Below, in pieces: positions 20,801 to 30,742 of a stretch of DNA of 64,000 nt (position 1 is its first letter; every line of letters begins with the position of its first letter). The notes under the pieces are model-generated. The model worked only from the letters and a program-made list of their open reading frames with translations, had not been told where the DNA came from and searched no databases. This stretch comes from Aureliella sp. (lineage in GTDB: Bacteria; Planctomycetota; Planctomycetia; Pirellulales; Pirellulaceae). Location: positions 928,001 through 992,000 of the forward strand of contig OY829846.1 in assembly GCA_963691875.1 (NCBI GenBank), read 5' to 3'. A program made the position numbers and the translations under genes.

Positions 20801-20944
20801 GTGTACAAAATTGCTCGAGAAGAAGTCGCTCAAATGAAGCTATCTGAGAATTCTACCATGCCAGACGGATTGCTCGATCAGCTAACACCAGAGCAAATCG
20901 GCGATTTGTTCGCGTATCTGCAAAGTACGCAGCAGGTCGAGTAA
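17837..20944 (+). CDS. PVC-type membrane-bound dehydrogenase / HEAT repeat / CxxCH cytochrome c protein
   Basis: LPEGFNATVFAAEP propeller start, GPDGWLYG, TNPWG, HEAT-like middle region, CAKCH, GPDLTG, STMPDGL. Confidence 0.9.
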   Translation: MRTSKMRTPLIRIALSTLLAAGCVGIGFAQDDANDTFPELYNSEKEAGEPSDALAAIAKMKLPEGFNATVFAAEPEVMNPIAAATDALGRVWVAENFTYAERGVRFDMKLNDRVIVLEDSDGDGVSDRRTVFADNLKILTGITVGRGGVWLMAPPQLLFIPDSDGDLIPDGPAQVKLDGFRTGLENYHNFANGLSFGPDGWLYGRCGASGPGEMGLPGSTVEQRIPIRGGMWRYHPERRVVEALVQGTTNPWGNDWNEYGDLFFINTVNGHFWQCIPGAHFVRPHTLDQNPHSYELIDMHADHWHFDTGKSWTASRNGAANDFGGGHAHIGMMIYQENVWPKEYRGKVMTVNMHGRRVNVESLKRHGSGYVASHEPDILLSDDEWFRGMELLPLPDGNVLLVDWSDIGECHEHSGVHRTSGRLYKISCKAGGKNFNPLASDEIRGDALALVTLQRNASEWSARRARDLLGELSRDAHPKATPLNDAESAAREILKSSTLAIAKRLRGLWSLIAMDRSTPATIDYLRTHEEENMRAWGVRLTVDGMYLDTAYGNRPTNPGKPIDSADYQSLVQMAQNDTSSKVRLELASALQRLPLEQRRELAEGLVSHKVDVQDHNLPLMVWYGLIPLGENHQSDLLSVFEQCNWPKTRQLIARRIADGMKKNRSAFEQLYEIADSKSAIVKRDVVLGTARALAGWVRELGPERWTDVSESLKAKAGQDKELATALQYLNVLFGDGQTMDKLKEIAADEKASIELRKSALQSLVDAKAFGTEDLCEKLLNKRFLNLVAAKGLANSERADISGMILKNYRRFHPSERSQVISLLASRASWAENLLNAIQRNQILREELSPYQARQIASHEKPRLNELLADTWGRVRASPAEKEELKAKLREQLTEGALSAANRSAGRALFNTSCAKCHTLFGTGGKLGPDLTGAQRSNLDYLLDNIVDPSAVVTKEFRATLVRTEDDRVITGLVTEKNENVVTIATQDEVYKIAREEVAQMKLSENSTMPDGLLDQLTPEQIGDLFAYLQSTQQVE

Positions 20945-21039
20945 CAACAGCTCTTACACTTCCCGACAGCAGTGCATCGGTAGCGGAAGTCGCTGAGACT
21001 AACGGCGCTTCGTTGCAGAGTGAATCAACTTTTCACTTT

Positions 21040-21109
21040 GTGAGCCGACGGCACTAGCCGCGGGCCAGTATTTTTGGAGCGGACAGCCGGCTCCTAACAC
21101 GTTCGGCTC
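21040..21109. repeat. Degenerate REP-like palindrome between convergent genes
   Basis: GTGAGCCGACGGCACTAGCCGCGG...TTCGGCTC outer inverted repeat, resembling the intergenic palindromes common in Pirellulaceae (recalled, not searched). Confidence 0.35.
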
Positions 21110-21258
21110 TTACTAAAACTGGAAATCTAGTGAGCCCAGCGCTGTAACTTAGGAAGCTTGATGCAATTGCAGGAGCGCTGATAAGAATTCTGGTAAATCC
21201 TAATACAGAGACGCTCTAATAGCGATGCGCTCGTTAGCGGCGTACAGCGCAAAATTCT

Positions 21259-21972
21259 CTAACGCGACTTGCCTGTAAGCAGTAGTTCTTCGGCTGGAGG
21301 CATTGGTTCTCTGTCTTGAGCATTTGCGTAGCTGTCGGAACCGCTGGGAGGCGACACTTGCTGCGGATGCTGCAAGTCGGATGCAGGTAGCTGTCCAGAG
21401 TTCGGCAGGCCAGCGCTTTGCAAAAAGTTCTGTAGCAATTTCGGGCCGTGCAATGAAAGGATGGATTCGGGATGGAACTGCACGCCGAAAGTCAGGTGCT
21501 CACGGTGCTCCAAAGCCATGATCTCGCCATCTGCCGACCATGCGGTGACGCGAAGCCAGGCTGGTATTTCATCGCGATTTCCAACCAATGAGTGATAACG
21601 TGCGAAGGCAGAACCACTTGGTATGCCTTCGAAAAGCCGGCTGCTATCCGTTTCAATTCGGTGCATACGCCCATGCATTGGCCTTTGAGCACGCACAATC
21701 TCACCACCGAAGGCTTCGTAGATAACTTGATGCCCTAGACAAACGCCAAGCATTGGAATTCGGCCAGAATGTTCTTGAACGATCTCCAAGCATTTGCCTG
21801 CGGCGCGAGGCGTTTTGGGGCCTGGCGACAATATCAACGCAGCGGCTTGCTCCGCTAGTTCCAGTACTTCTGGGCTATCGTTGCGGCATACGACGACATC
21901 CTGCTCCAGTTGCCGCAAGATACGCTGGAGATTGAAAGTAAAACTATCGTAGTTGTCAATCAGCAGAATCAT
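21259..21972 (-). CDS. pabA: Aminodeoxychorismate/anthranilate synthase component II (glutamine amidotransferase)
   Basis: MILLIDNYDSFTFNL, LSPGP, LGVCLGHQ, RYHSL, GVQFHPES. Confidence 0.88.
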   Translation of the reverse strand: MILLIDNYDSFTFNLQRILRQLEQDVVVCRNDSPEVLELAEQAAALILSPGPKTPRAAGKCLEIVQEHSGRIPMLGVCLGHQVIYEAFGGEIVRAQRPMHGRMHRIETDSSRLFEGIPSGSAFARYHSLVGNRDEIPAWLRVTAWSADGEIMALEHREHLTFGVQFHPESILSLHGPKLLQNFLQSAGLPNSGQLPASDLQHPQQVSPPSGSDSYANAQDREPMPPAEELLLTGKSR

Positions 21973-23432
21973 TTCAGGCTATCAATGGCTTGCAGCATTC
22001 CCTCGGCTTTGTACCAAGTTTCTTGCTCTTCTAAATCCGGTTTACTGTCTGCCACAATACCTCCGCCCACGGGAGCTTGCCACCAGCCATTGCAAGCCGT
22101 AATGGTGCGAATCAGGATGCTCAAATCCATATCACCCGCAAAGCTAATGTAGCCCAAGCTACCACAATAGGGGCCTCGCACAGTGGGTTCGAGTTCGGCG
22201 ATAATCTCCATTGCTCGAATCTTCGGAGCACCTGTGATCGAGCCACCAGGGAAAGTGCATCGGAGCACATCGGAAGTCGTGCAGGCCTCCATCAACTTTG
22301 AACGAACGACGCTTACCAAGTGCCAGACAAAGGGATACTCTTCAAGCCCGCAAAGTGATTCGACTTCAATGGAGTCGTAATCAGAAACGCGAGCAAGATC
22401 ATTCCGCATCAAATCGACGATCATCACGTTTTCGCTTCGATCTTTCTCGCTCACTTCGAGGAGCGTTCCCATTCCACGATCCGCAGTGGGATCTGAAAGT
22501 CGAGGACGAGTGCCTTTGATTGGCCTGGTTTCAATGCAACCGTCATCCAATCGCAGGAATCTTTCAGGAGACGAACTAATGACTTGGATGCGTCCAAAGT
22601 CAGCATAGCCTGAAAACGGAGCCGGACTCACTTTGCGCAGATGCATGTACAACTCTGGCGAGCTGGCCGTGGCTCGAGTCAGCAGTCTTTGCGACAAATT
22701 AATTTGAAAAACGTCGCCCGCGTGGATGTACTCGACCGCTTCTCCAACAGCGCTGCGATATTGCTCTGGTGCAAAGTTACTTGTCCAATTGTTCCATCGA
22801 GTCGAGTATTGAGGAGCAAGCTGCAGATTGGTGAGTTCATATCCGCCATGATTCGTGGACGACCGTTTGGGTACGCCAGCAAGCAGCTGGGTGATTTCTT
22901 TGAGGCGACTATAGGCTCTCTTGCTTCTTGCCGTACCTTCTTGTGCCGGAAATCCTTGCGAGACAATCCACCCTTCCTCACGCTGGTGGTCCCAGCTCAA
23001 GACCAAGTCATAAAGCCCTAGCGCAGCGACCGGTAAATTGAAGTCGTTATGTTGGGCTCGGGGAAGGTTTTCGAAACTTCGACCGAGTTCGTATCCAAAC
23101 CAGCCCATCCAGCCTCCTTGGAACGGAGGGATGCCTTCGAGCTTGGATTGCCGGAACGGGGCGATGTAGTCCCGGAGCTGTGCGACTGCCGATGCATGCG
23201 GACGATCGATTCGGACCCGCATAAAGGGATCGACTCCCAGGTAACTGTAGCGTCCCAACTCAGCTTGCGGCATGCTGCTGTCGAGCCAAACGCAGCCAGG
23301 CAAGTGGTGGAGCCGCTCGAAGCAGTACTCGGGGGTGTACTCAATCGGCAAGGGGCGCAGCAGCGTTGTCGGCTGAACATCACTGCCCGAGCCAACTCTA
23401 TCTACTGATTTCGTTTCCATCGCCACCGACAA
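21969..23432 (-). CDS. pabB: Aminodeoxychorismate synthase component I
   Basis: PFQGGWMGWFGYELG, GDVFQINLSQR, SPAPFS, SSSPERFL, TRPIKGTRPR, FPGGSITGAPKIRAM. Confidence 0.88.
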   Translation of the reverse strand: MSVAMETKSVDRVGSGSDVQPTTLLRPLPIEYTPEYCFERLHHLPGCVWLDSSMPQAELGRYSYLGVDPFMRVRIDRPHASAVAQLRDYIAPFRQSKLEGIPPFQGGWMGWFGYELGRSFENLPRAQHNDFNLPVAALGLYDLVLSWDHQREEGWIVSQGFPAQEGTARSKRAYSRLKEITQLLAGVPKRSSTNHGGYELTNLQLAPQYSTRWNNWTSNFAPEQYRSAVGEAVEYIHAGDVFQINLSQRLLTRATASSPELYMHLRKVSPAPFSGYADFGRIQVISSSPERFLRLDDGCIETRPIKGTRPRLSDPTADRGMGTLLEVSEKDRSENVMIVDLMRNDLARVSDYDSIEVESLCGLEEYPFVWHLVSVVRSKLMEACTTSDVLRCTFPGGSITGAPKIRAMEIIAELEPTVRGPYCGSLGYISFAGDMDLSILIRTITACNGWWQAPVGGGIVADSKPDLEEQETWYKAEGMLQAIDSLK

Positions 23433-23600
23433 AGTATCTTGCTTTCCGAGATTTCATAGAACTGAAAGCGAGGGCCTAGCAGGTTCTTCTTTTCGTTCGC
23501 GAAATCACCGAAATGCTTTCGGGGAGCGAAAGAAGACGTTTTATCCTGGGTATTATCCATGTGTCGGGGCGGCTGCGGAAGTCTCCCTAGCCTCAAATTA

Positions 23601-24340
23601 TCAATCGCTTTTCGGCAAGACGCATTTACTTGCTGTTAGGACAGTCCAAAGAATATGCCGCCAAACGCAGTCAACTTCGTGAAAACCAGCATTTTTCAGC
23701 CATCCAATCTGATTCGGCAAGCTGTCATGATGGTCCTGATCCGCTTGATGTCGCATCCACATTTCCCACTCTTCCTCGGTCGCACCGATTGCCATTGAGG
23801 CGCGTTTCCACTCCGACATGTGCTTCTCGTACAGCTCGGGAGTATCTCCGGCAAATTGATCGCTGTAGCTGAGGACGCCTTGCGGCCTAAGCCAACGATG
23901 GCAACTCTGAAAAAGCTGCTGTTTTTCTAGGCTGGTGAGGTGATGCAAGGCTATAGTCGAAAAAATCAAGTCAAAGGACTCATCGCCGAATTCCAATTCC
24001 CGCATGTCCTTACACAGTCTGATCACCTCGGATGACCGAACGTCATTCTCGGAGGCAAAACGTTGAGCATGCAATGCGAGTGAAGACTGCGACAAATCGA
24101 CTGCCGTCAATTCCGCTCCTGGAAACCTCTTGGCAATCGCAACGGAAAGATTCCCGGTACCGCAGCCCAGCTCCAGGATGCGACTCGGCTTGGCAACTCT
24201 CTCGGGCAGATAGTAAAGCAGCGAGTACAGCATTTCGTCGTAACGCGGAACACATCGGCGAATCGCTCCGGCGTATTCTTCGGAAATGGAATCAAAGAAT
24301 TCAGCAATAGCTGCTGAACTGTTCGAAATCTGGACAGCTT
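23601..24340 (-). CDS. Class I SAM-dependent methyltransferase (CmoA-like); no clear start codon
   Basis: AIRRCVPRYDEML, ILELGCGTG, FDLIFSTIALHHL, WLKNAGF. The upstream part of the listed 338-aa ORF is the tail of the GNAT pseudogene. Confidence 0.8.
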
Positions 24341-24384
24341 TTCCGTCTATACGTCTACTTGATGATGCGAACGATACATGCGCG

Positions 24385-24774
24385 ATTGGGGGCAGCGTCC
24401 AGCAGGATGGATGCTTGTCCATTCCAATGTGCGGATAGTAAGACTGAGCTTTGGGAGCTGCGATTAGAATCAACTTCGCATTTGGCGTGGCTGCGGTAGA
24501 CGAGTTCTTTTCCGATCCCATACCCTTGATACTCTTCATCAACCGCGAGGTCAGAAAGATAAGTGCAGAATGCTTCGTCGGTAATCGATCGAGCAACTCC
24601 GACGAGCATTCCGTCACATCGAGCGGTGACGATCAGGTTCGCGTTACGCAACATCTTTTCTATTCGAACGAGCTCGTCTACGGGACGTCGCTCAGCCAAA
24701 GTCGAACGTCGGAGAACATCAATGAATTCCTCCGCGGCGAGCTCGGGTTCGATAGCTTAATGAATTTCAGGCAT
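24385..24774 (-). pseudogene. GNAT N-acetyltransferase with a nonsense codon and a frameshift
   Basis: [32 protein letters not shown]...[20 protein letters not shown], then a frameshift near 24485 to [28 protein letters not shown] at 24757-24759. Confidence 0.85.
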
Positions 24775-24914
24775 AGGCGAGTTCTTTCACAACCCGACGT
24801 GTAGCGAGGCAATGAAACCACTTTTTGCGTACGCTTCGGGTGATGCTTCAGTGGACCGAAGATGATCGCGCGCCGGTGGAGAGCGTCCAGCCGCTTAAGT
24901 CAGCTGTGCGAAAC

Positions 24915-25775
24915 CTAATCCGGTTCCCCGCTCATATCATCTAGGATCTGCAGGATGATTCCTATCAGACTTGGACCAACTGAGTTACCTGCCTCGACAA
25001 CTTCATCGTGCGTTGTGTTCACAGGAATATCGGTGGAAGCGACATTGGTGATTACCGAGAAACCGAGAACATCCATGCCCAGCTTTTTTGCGGCGATGAC
25101 TTCTGGCACAGTGGACATGCCGACTGCGTCTGCGCCGAGTGAACGAAAGAAACGATATTCGTTGCGGGTTTCGTAGGTTGGGCCAAGCGTCGCCAGATAA
25201 CATCCTTGATGAAGTACAACATCTTGGGATCGTGCGACCTGTTGCGCACGCTGCATCATCGGTCGATCGTACGTCTCTGTGCCGCGTTGCAATGGCTGCG
25301 CAGGCGACATGAAGCTCGAAGAAAAGCCAGACGAACCGAAAAGAAAATCAATGTGGCTATCGAGCACCATCAAGTCGCCTTGACGGAAACGCCCGTTCAA
25401 TCCACCTGCAGCGTTCGTAGTGATCAGTGTATTTGCTCCGAGTGCCTGCATGACAAACACCGGATACTGAACCTGTGTGTAGCTCCAGCCTTCGTAGCAA
25501 TGTGCCCTACCCTTCATGAGCACGACCGGTACACCTGCCAAATAGCCAAGGATCAGCTTTCCGGCATGTCCTGCTGCTGAAGTTCGGGGAAATCCAATCA
25601 AGTCTGAATACCCAATCTCAACTGGATGCTCGACGTAGTCCGCCAACGGTCCCAGCCCACTGCCTAGGACAATGGATACCTTGGGTTGCAGCAACTTGTG
25701 TTGCCAGATGGTATCGCGAGCGGCAGAAATTGAAGAAGCAAGTTCTTTTGCGTTAGAGGCGAGTATGCTTCTCAC
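24915..25775 (-). CDS. Purine nucleoside phosphorylase (trimeric type), Asn-type (ITN)
   Basis: IVLGSGLG, GHAGKL, GRAHCYEG, TNAAGG, GPTYETRNE, GMSTVPE, SVITNVA, HDEV. Confidence 0.92.
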   Translation of the reverse strand: MRSILASNAKELASSISAARDTIWQHKLLQPKVSIVLGSGLGPLADYVEHPVEIGYSDLIGFPRTSAAGHAGKLILGYLAGVPVVLMKGRAHCYEGWSYTQVQYPVFVMQALGANTLITTNAAGGLNGRFRQGDLMVLDSHIDFLFGSSGFSSSFMSPAQPLQRGTETYDRPMMQRAQQVARSQDVVLHQGCYLATLGPTYETRNEYRFFRSLGADAVGMSTVPEVIAAKKLGMDVLGFSVITNVASTDIPVNTTHDEVVEAGNSVGPSLIGIILQILDDMSGEPD

Positions 25776-25846
25776 TTGATTGCTCGAATTGAAGAATCAG
25801 ATCAGATCGATTCTTTGGCGCCTGATGTGCAGTTCCCCGGAGTCGC

Positions 25847-26686
25847 CTACAAGGTCTTATTATTGCGCTCGTGATTGAGTACACCGGTGACCAAAGCACG
25901 AAGTTTCGGCTCGGCGCCGTTGGCAACACCGATGATCTTGTCTACGTCGGCTGGTTCAAGAGCATCAGGCAAGCACATATCGGTAATGACAGAAAAGCCG
26001 ACTACGCGCAGTCCACAATGAACAGCGACGATCACTTCTGGTACCGTGGACATACCAACAACGTCAGTACCAATTGTCCGCAAGAAGCGATACTCGGCGC
26101 GTGTCTCTAAGTTCGGGCCAGCAACTGCAACGAACACGCCCTTGTGTGCGAGAATATTCTCCCGCCGCGCAATCTCAAGTGCTTGGTCAACAAGCTTCAA
26201 ATCATAGGGCTCGCACATATCAGGAAAGCGAGGGCCCAAGCGATCGTCATTGATGCCGATGAGAGGATTGTCTCCCATCAAATTAATGTGGTCTTCAATG
26301 ACCACGATATCGCCATCGCGGAAGTAAGGATTCATTCCGCCAGCGGCATTGGACACGACAAGAAGTTCCGCCCCCATGGCTTTCATCACTCGCACAGGCA
26401 GTGTAATCTGCTTGAGCGGATAGCCTTCATACATATGAAAACGGCCTTCCATGGCCATGATTGGCAACCCGCAAAGATTGCCGCACACTAACCGTCCACG
26501 GTGGCTAGTCGCAGTTGATTTGGGGAAGTGAGGGATCGATTCGTACTCGATTGACGCTTCAACATCGATTTGTTCGACGAGCGGTCCGAGTCCAGTGCCG
26601 AGGATCACTCCAGCGTGAGGCGTCTTATCCCACTGCTCGCGAATGTACTTACACGCGTCTTCGATTTGACCGTATAGTTCGAGCAT
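25847..26686 (-). CDS. Purine nucleoside phosphorylase (trimeric type), Asp-type (ITD)
   Basis: Start [59 protein letters not shown]. Confidence 0.92.
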   Translation of the reverse strand: MLELYGQIEDACKYIREQWDKTPHAGVILGTGLGPLVEQIDVEASIEYESIPHFPKSTATSHRGRLVCGNLCGLPIMAMEGRFHMYEGYPLKQITLPVRVMKAMGAELLVVSNAAGGMNPYFRDGDIVVIEDHINLMGDNPLIGINDDRLGPRFPDMCEPYDLKLVDQALEIARRENILAHKGVFVAVAGPNLETRAEYRFLRTIGTDVVGMSTVPEVIVAVHCGLRVVGFSVITDMCLPDALEPADVDKIIGVANGAEPKLRALVTGVLNHERNNKTL

Positions 26687-26895
26687 AATTACGCTGAAAG
26701 TTAGTTGGAATGGCAATAGAGTAGTTCGAACGACTTTCCGATGGCGAAGCATTAAAGCATGGAGTTCGGAGCAGTTCAACAGGATTTTTGAATTTCATTC
26801 GAGTTTGGCAAAGAGATATTTTTTCACATTTATAGTCAGCAATTTTTAGAGCACCACTTGCGTGCGTACTGGCAACTTCATAGGAGCAAAGGCAG

Positions 26896-27933
26896 GTGGA
26901 ACGTAGAAGGTTAGGCGAAAGCGGACTCTCGGTTACAGATATTTGTATGGGAACCATGACCTTTGGTACTCAGTGCGAAGAGGCACTTTCCTTTGAAATA
27001 ATGGATCGTGCCTATGACACCGGAATTGACTTCCTTGACGCCGCAGAGATGTACCCCGTTCCACCATCAGCGGAAACGTATGGTCGCACCGAAGTCATCG
27101 TCGGCAAATGGATAAAAACAAAGCCAAGAGAGCACGTGATCCTGGCAACAAAGATCACTGGTCCAGGTCATGGTTGGTTTTCGCCACCTGTCCGCGGCGG
27201 AAGAACTGCTTTGGATGCGCTGCAGATTCATCGTGCGGTTGAGGCGAGTTTAGAACGTCTCCAAACTGACTACATCGACCTATACCAGACGCATTGGCCC
27301 GATCACCAGATGCGATATGAAGATACGCTTGCAGCTCTCGGAAAACTCGTCGACCAAGGCAAAATACGAGCCATTGGTTGCAGCAATGAAACTAGCTGGG
27401 GACTAATGAAAAGCCTGTGGGCAGCAGAGAAGCACTCCCTGGCTCGCTACGACACGATCCAGAACAATTTCAGTTTGATCAATCGCCGGTGCGAGAGTGA
27501 GCTGGCTCAGGTGTGTCGCCGCGAAAATGTAAGCCTGCTACCTTACTCGCCGCTCGGCGGTGGCGTGCTCACAGGAAAGTATTGTGAAAGCCTTCCAGAA
27601 GGTGGCCGATTCACGGATTACCTCAACAAGGGCGGACCAAGGCAGAAGATGATGGCGGCTCGTTTCGTCAACGAAAGAACGCTTCAAGTGACGCGCCGGC
27701 TGGCAACAATTGCCGAAGATATTGGAGTCTCACTCACGGCTCTCAGTGTGGCTTGGAGCAGACAACACGATTTTGTGGCCAGTACGATCATCGGAGCAAC
27801 TACGGTCGCTCAGCTCAACGCAAGCCTGGAGGCGGTTGACCTAATTCTGGATCAGGAAACGATGGATCGCATCGATGAAATTGACGTCGACATCCCCAAC
27901 GCGCTTCGCGAAGATGGGCTTAGAAAACTGTAG
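26896..27933 (+). CDS. Aldo/keto reductase (Tas-like)
   Basis: [50 protein letters not shown]. Confidence 0.92.
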   Translation: MERRRLGESGLSVTDICMGTMTFGTQCEEALSFEIMDRAYDTGIDFLDAAEMYPVPPSAETYGRTEVIVGKWIKTKPREHVILATKITGPGHGWFSPPVRGGRTALDALQIHRAVEASLERLQTDYIDLYQTHWPDHQMRYEDTLAALGKLVDQGKIRAIGCSNETSWGLMKSLWAAEKHSLARYDTIQNNFSLINRRCESELAQVCRRENVSLLPYSPLGGGVLTGKYCESLPEGGRFTDYLNKGGPRQKMMAARFVNERTLQVTRRLATIAEDIGVSLTALSVAWSRQHDFVASTIIGATTVAQLNASLEAVDLILDQETMDRIDEIDVDIPNALREDGLRKL

Positions 27934-28142
27934 AATTTTCTCCGAAAAGGCTTCGGCGAGACCGAGAAGCAGGGGAAGATCTTGGGCCGCCAGTCAATGC
28001 AGCTTTTTCGCGGCCCGGCACCGACAGCTAACGACACAAAACGCGTTTACGCAATACAATTGAAAACTAGCTCTGTCATGGAGGCTCACAGCGAGCCAAT
28101 CGGCAAATAATTCGTGCGATCAGCACTAAAACAAAGGAATCG

Positions 28143-29123
28143 ATGTTGTCACAATTAAGTCGAATTTTGGTGACAGGTGGAGCAGGTTTTCTTGGCTCCC
28201 ACATCTGCGAACGACTCGTCGAAGACGGTCACGATGTCATTTGCTTGGATAATTTCTTCACCAGCCAAAAGACGAACGTCGCTCATCTGCTTTCCAAGCC
28301 AAACTTTGAGCTGATCCGGCACGACATTACCTTGCCGATCTTTCTCGAAGTCGATGAAATCTACAACATGGCGTGCCCGGCCGCGCCAGGTCACTATCAG
28401 CACAACCCCGTCAAGACAACTAAAACGAGCGTTATGGGAGTCGTCAACGTACTGGGCGTCGCCAAGCGCTGCGGTGCGAAAGTTCTTCAAGCAAGCACGT
28501 CCGAAATCTATGGCAATCCAGAGGTCCATCCACAGCCAGAATCGTATCACGGGAATGTGAATCCGCTCGGGCCCCGAGCCTGCTACGACGAAGGCAAGCG
28601 AGTCGCAGAAACTCTCTTCATGGACTATCACCGTAGCAATGGCGTAGACATTCGGATCGTGCGTATTTTCAATACGTACGGACCAAAGATGCATCCCTAT
28701 GACGGCCGAGTAGTTTCCAACTTCATTCGCCAAGCCTTAGCTGGAGAGGATATTACAATCTTCGGTGACGGGTCTCAGACTCGGTCCTTTTGCTATCGCG
28801 ACGACTTAGTCGAAGGCATCATTCGGATGATGAATAACGACAAAGACTTCATCGGACCGGTGAATATCGGAAACCCAGGCGAATTCACGATTCGCGAGTT
28901 AGCCGAACTAGTGATCGAGCTGACAGGCTCAAAGGTGAAACTAGTTGAAATGCCCTTGCCACCCGACGATCCGGCACGTCGCCGTCCTGACATTTCTCTC
29001 GCTAAAGAGAAACTTGACTGGCAACCTACGATCGCGCTCCGCGAAGGCCTGGAAAAGACGATCGACTGGTTCACCTCTATTAACCTAGCCCACTATCGGC
29101 CACCAACGCCGAACTACACGTAA
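28143..29123 (+). CDS. UDP-glucuronic acid decarboxylase (UDP-xylose synthase family)
   Basis: [65 protein letters not shown]. Confidence 0.93.
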   Translation: MLSQLSRILVTGGAGFLGSHICERLVEDGHDVICLDNFFTSQKTNVAHLLSKPNFELIRHDITLPIFLEVDEIYNMACPAAPGHYQHNPVKTTKTSVMGVVNVLGVAKRCGAKVLQASTSEIYGNPEVHPQPESYHGNVNPLGPRACYDEGKRVAETLFMDYHRSNGVDIRIVRIFNTYGPKMHPYDGRVVSNFIRQALAGEDITIFGDGSQTRSFCYRDDLVEGIIRMMNNDKDFIGPVNIGNPGEFTIRELAELVIELTGSKVKLVEMPLPPDDPARRRPDISLAKEKLDWQPTIALREGLEKTIDWFTSINLAHYRPPTPNYT

Positions 29124-29162
29124 ACAGTCCTTCATTGCCGAGCATCCAAACTTCTTCTGCCA

Positions 29163-29969
29163 CTATTGGAGTTTGGCTAAAAGTGGCAAGCGTTCTTGCG
29201 TCGAAACGACCACTCCACCTGGCTGCTCAATCGTGATTGCAAAGGCTGACGGCTCAAGTACCTTTAACTTGGCATCTGTGGCTACGATGACTTCGCCACT
29301 CTCGGTGATATCAAATACCCCACCATCAATAGGCTCGGTATCTCGCTTCGGGTCAATGATCCAAAGTTGATACTGCTCAAGCGACGGATCGTTTACCGGC
29401 ATGTTAACGAAACGCATATAGCCTTGCTGCGTATCATTGTCCCACACCACGTCTCCAGTTACCGCATCTTCAAACGGAGTTGTACCCGGCACCCAATCCA
29501 CACGCACCAATTTCTCCGCACCGTTGATCATGGCAAGTCGCTGATCTGAAAGCGATACCGTCGAAACAGAACTTATCTGCGGACGCCACAACGAGACCGC
29601 CAGGAGGAGAGCCACAGCGCAAGCCATCCACGCGAACGCCTCTCGTACGGAAAAGCTACTGCTAGCGGTTACACGTTTTGTCCCAGCCGGTTCCACCGCA
29701 TTTCCAGATGACGAGAGGCTCGCCGTCGCGTTCCGATGAATTCGCTCTCTAAGTCCGAATGGCATTGGGTCGAGATCACGCTCGAAGCCGAGTTGGACCC
29801 TCGCTAAGGTGGTCTCTAGCTCGCGATACGATACTTCAGATTTCGGATACTGATGCCGCAGGCTCTCCAGCTCAGCCCGCTCTAGTTCGTCGAGGTCACC
29901 GAGCACTTGTCCGGCTAGCAACTCTTCCAGTCGCCTATTTTCAAGATGAGTCGTATCGGCTTTGCTCAT
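29163..29969 (-). CDS. Anti-sigma factor, RskA type
   Basis: N-terminal ELLAGQVLGDLD, a single TM segment, C-terminal YQLWII...AFAITIEQPGG. Confidence 0.9.
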   Translation of the reverse strand: MSKADTTHLENRRLEELLAGQVLGDLDELERAELESLRHQYPKSEVSYRELETTLARVQLGFERDLDPMPFGLRERIHRNATASLSSSGNAVEPAGTKRVTASSSFSVREAFAWMACAVALLLAVSLWRPQISSVSTVSLSDQRLAMINGAEKLVRVDWVPGTTPFEDAVTGDVVWDNDTQQGYMRFVNMPVNDPSLEQYQLWIIDPKRDTEPIDGGVFDITESGEVIVATDAKLKVLEPSAFAITIEQPGGVVVSTQERLPLLAKLQ

Positions 29970-30607
29970 TGCACCATTCCCCTAATCGCTCGGTCCGAAT
30001 CACCCTCGCGACGCTTCATGCAGTCACGAAGCTGGATAAGAGCTCTTCGTGCAAACGACTTCACTGTTCCCAGAGGCATGGAGAGCATCTTTGCGATCTG
30101 GCTTTGCGATACGCCTTCTTGCACAGAAAGCCTCATGACTTGCTGCTGTCGGTGGTTTAACCTCTTCATGCAGCGTACTGCTTTGGAAGCTTCGTCGGCA
30201 ACCTCGTGATTGGAAGAATCGAGTGCGTCAGGAATCTCGACCGTCTCCAGAGACAAACTCGTCGCTAATGGCGACACGCTGGATTTTCTAGTCCGGTCAA
30301 TCAGCTTCCGCCGTGCGATCATAGTGATGAAAGTCGTTTCGCTGGCTTTGGAAGGATCGAATCGCCCTGCTGACTTCCAGAGCTCAATGAAAATTTCCTG
30401 AGTTGCATCTTCGGCGTCCGCACTATTTTTCAACCAGCGACTCGCCAAAGTCCATACCAGTGGGCCGAACCTCTCTAAGCAATCCTCAACAGCCCCTGTG
30501 TCACCCTTCGCAATCCGTTGCAGAGCAGATTGCTCGCCGTCGGTGTAAGCGGTTTCGTAATCCATAACCTCTTTGAGCACCTGCTGCTGGGGAACTGCGA
30601 TTGCCAT
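29966..30607 (-). CDS. ECF sigma-70 factor (SigK-like); start uncertain (30616/30607/30565)
   Basis: DAEDATQEIFIELWKSAGRFD, IARRKLID, SQSQIA...PLGTVKS. Overlaps the rskA-like gene by 4 nt. Confidence 0.92.
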   Translation of the reverse strand: MAIAVPQQQVLKEVMDYETAYTDGEQSALQRIAKGDTGAVEDCLERFGPLVWTLASRWLKNSADAEDATQEIFIELWKSAGRFDPSKASETTFITMIARRKLIDRTRKSSVSPLATSLSLETVEIPDALDSSNHEVADEASKAVRCMKRLNHRQQQVMRLSVQEGVSQSQIAKMLSMPLGTVKSFARRALIQLRDCMKRREGDSDRAIRGMVQ

Positions 30608-30675
30608 AGAATCCACCTATTAAGGTCCGGTTACGGGTATGTTTGTCGGATTCAGGCCGTCTACAAAACGACGAA

Positions 30676-30723
30676 GAATCGGAGGGCCGGGCGGATGATC
30701 CAGAATCCGCCGGCTTCCGATTC
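30676..30723 (-). terminator. Long GC-rich hairpin between the fasciclin and sigma genes (terminator or stabiliser)
   Basis: GAATCGGA.GCCGG.CGGAT/ATCCGCCGGCTTCCGATTC inverted repeat followed on the minus strand by TTCGTCGTTTT. Confidence 0.55.
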
Positions 30724-30742
30724 GACTAATTGACCAGCAGCC

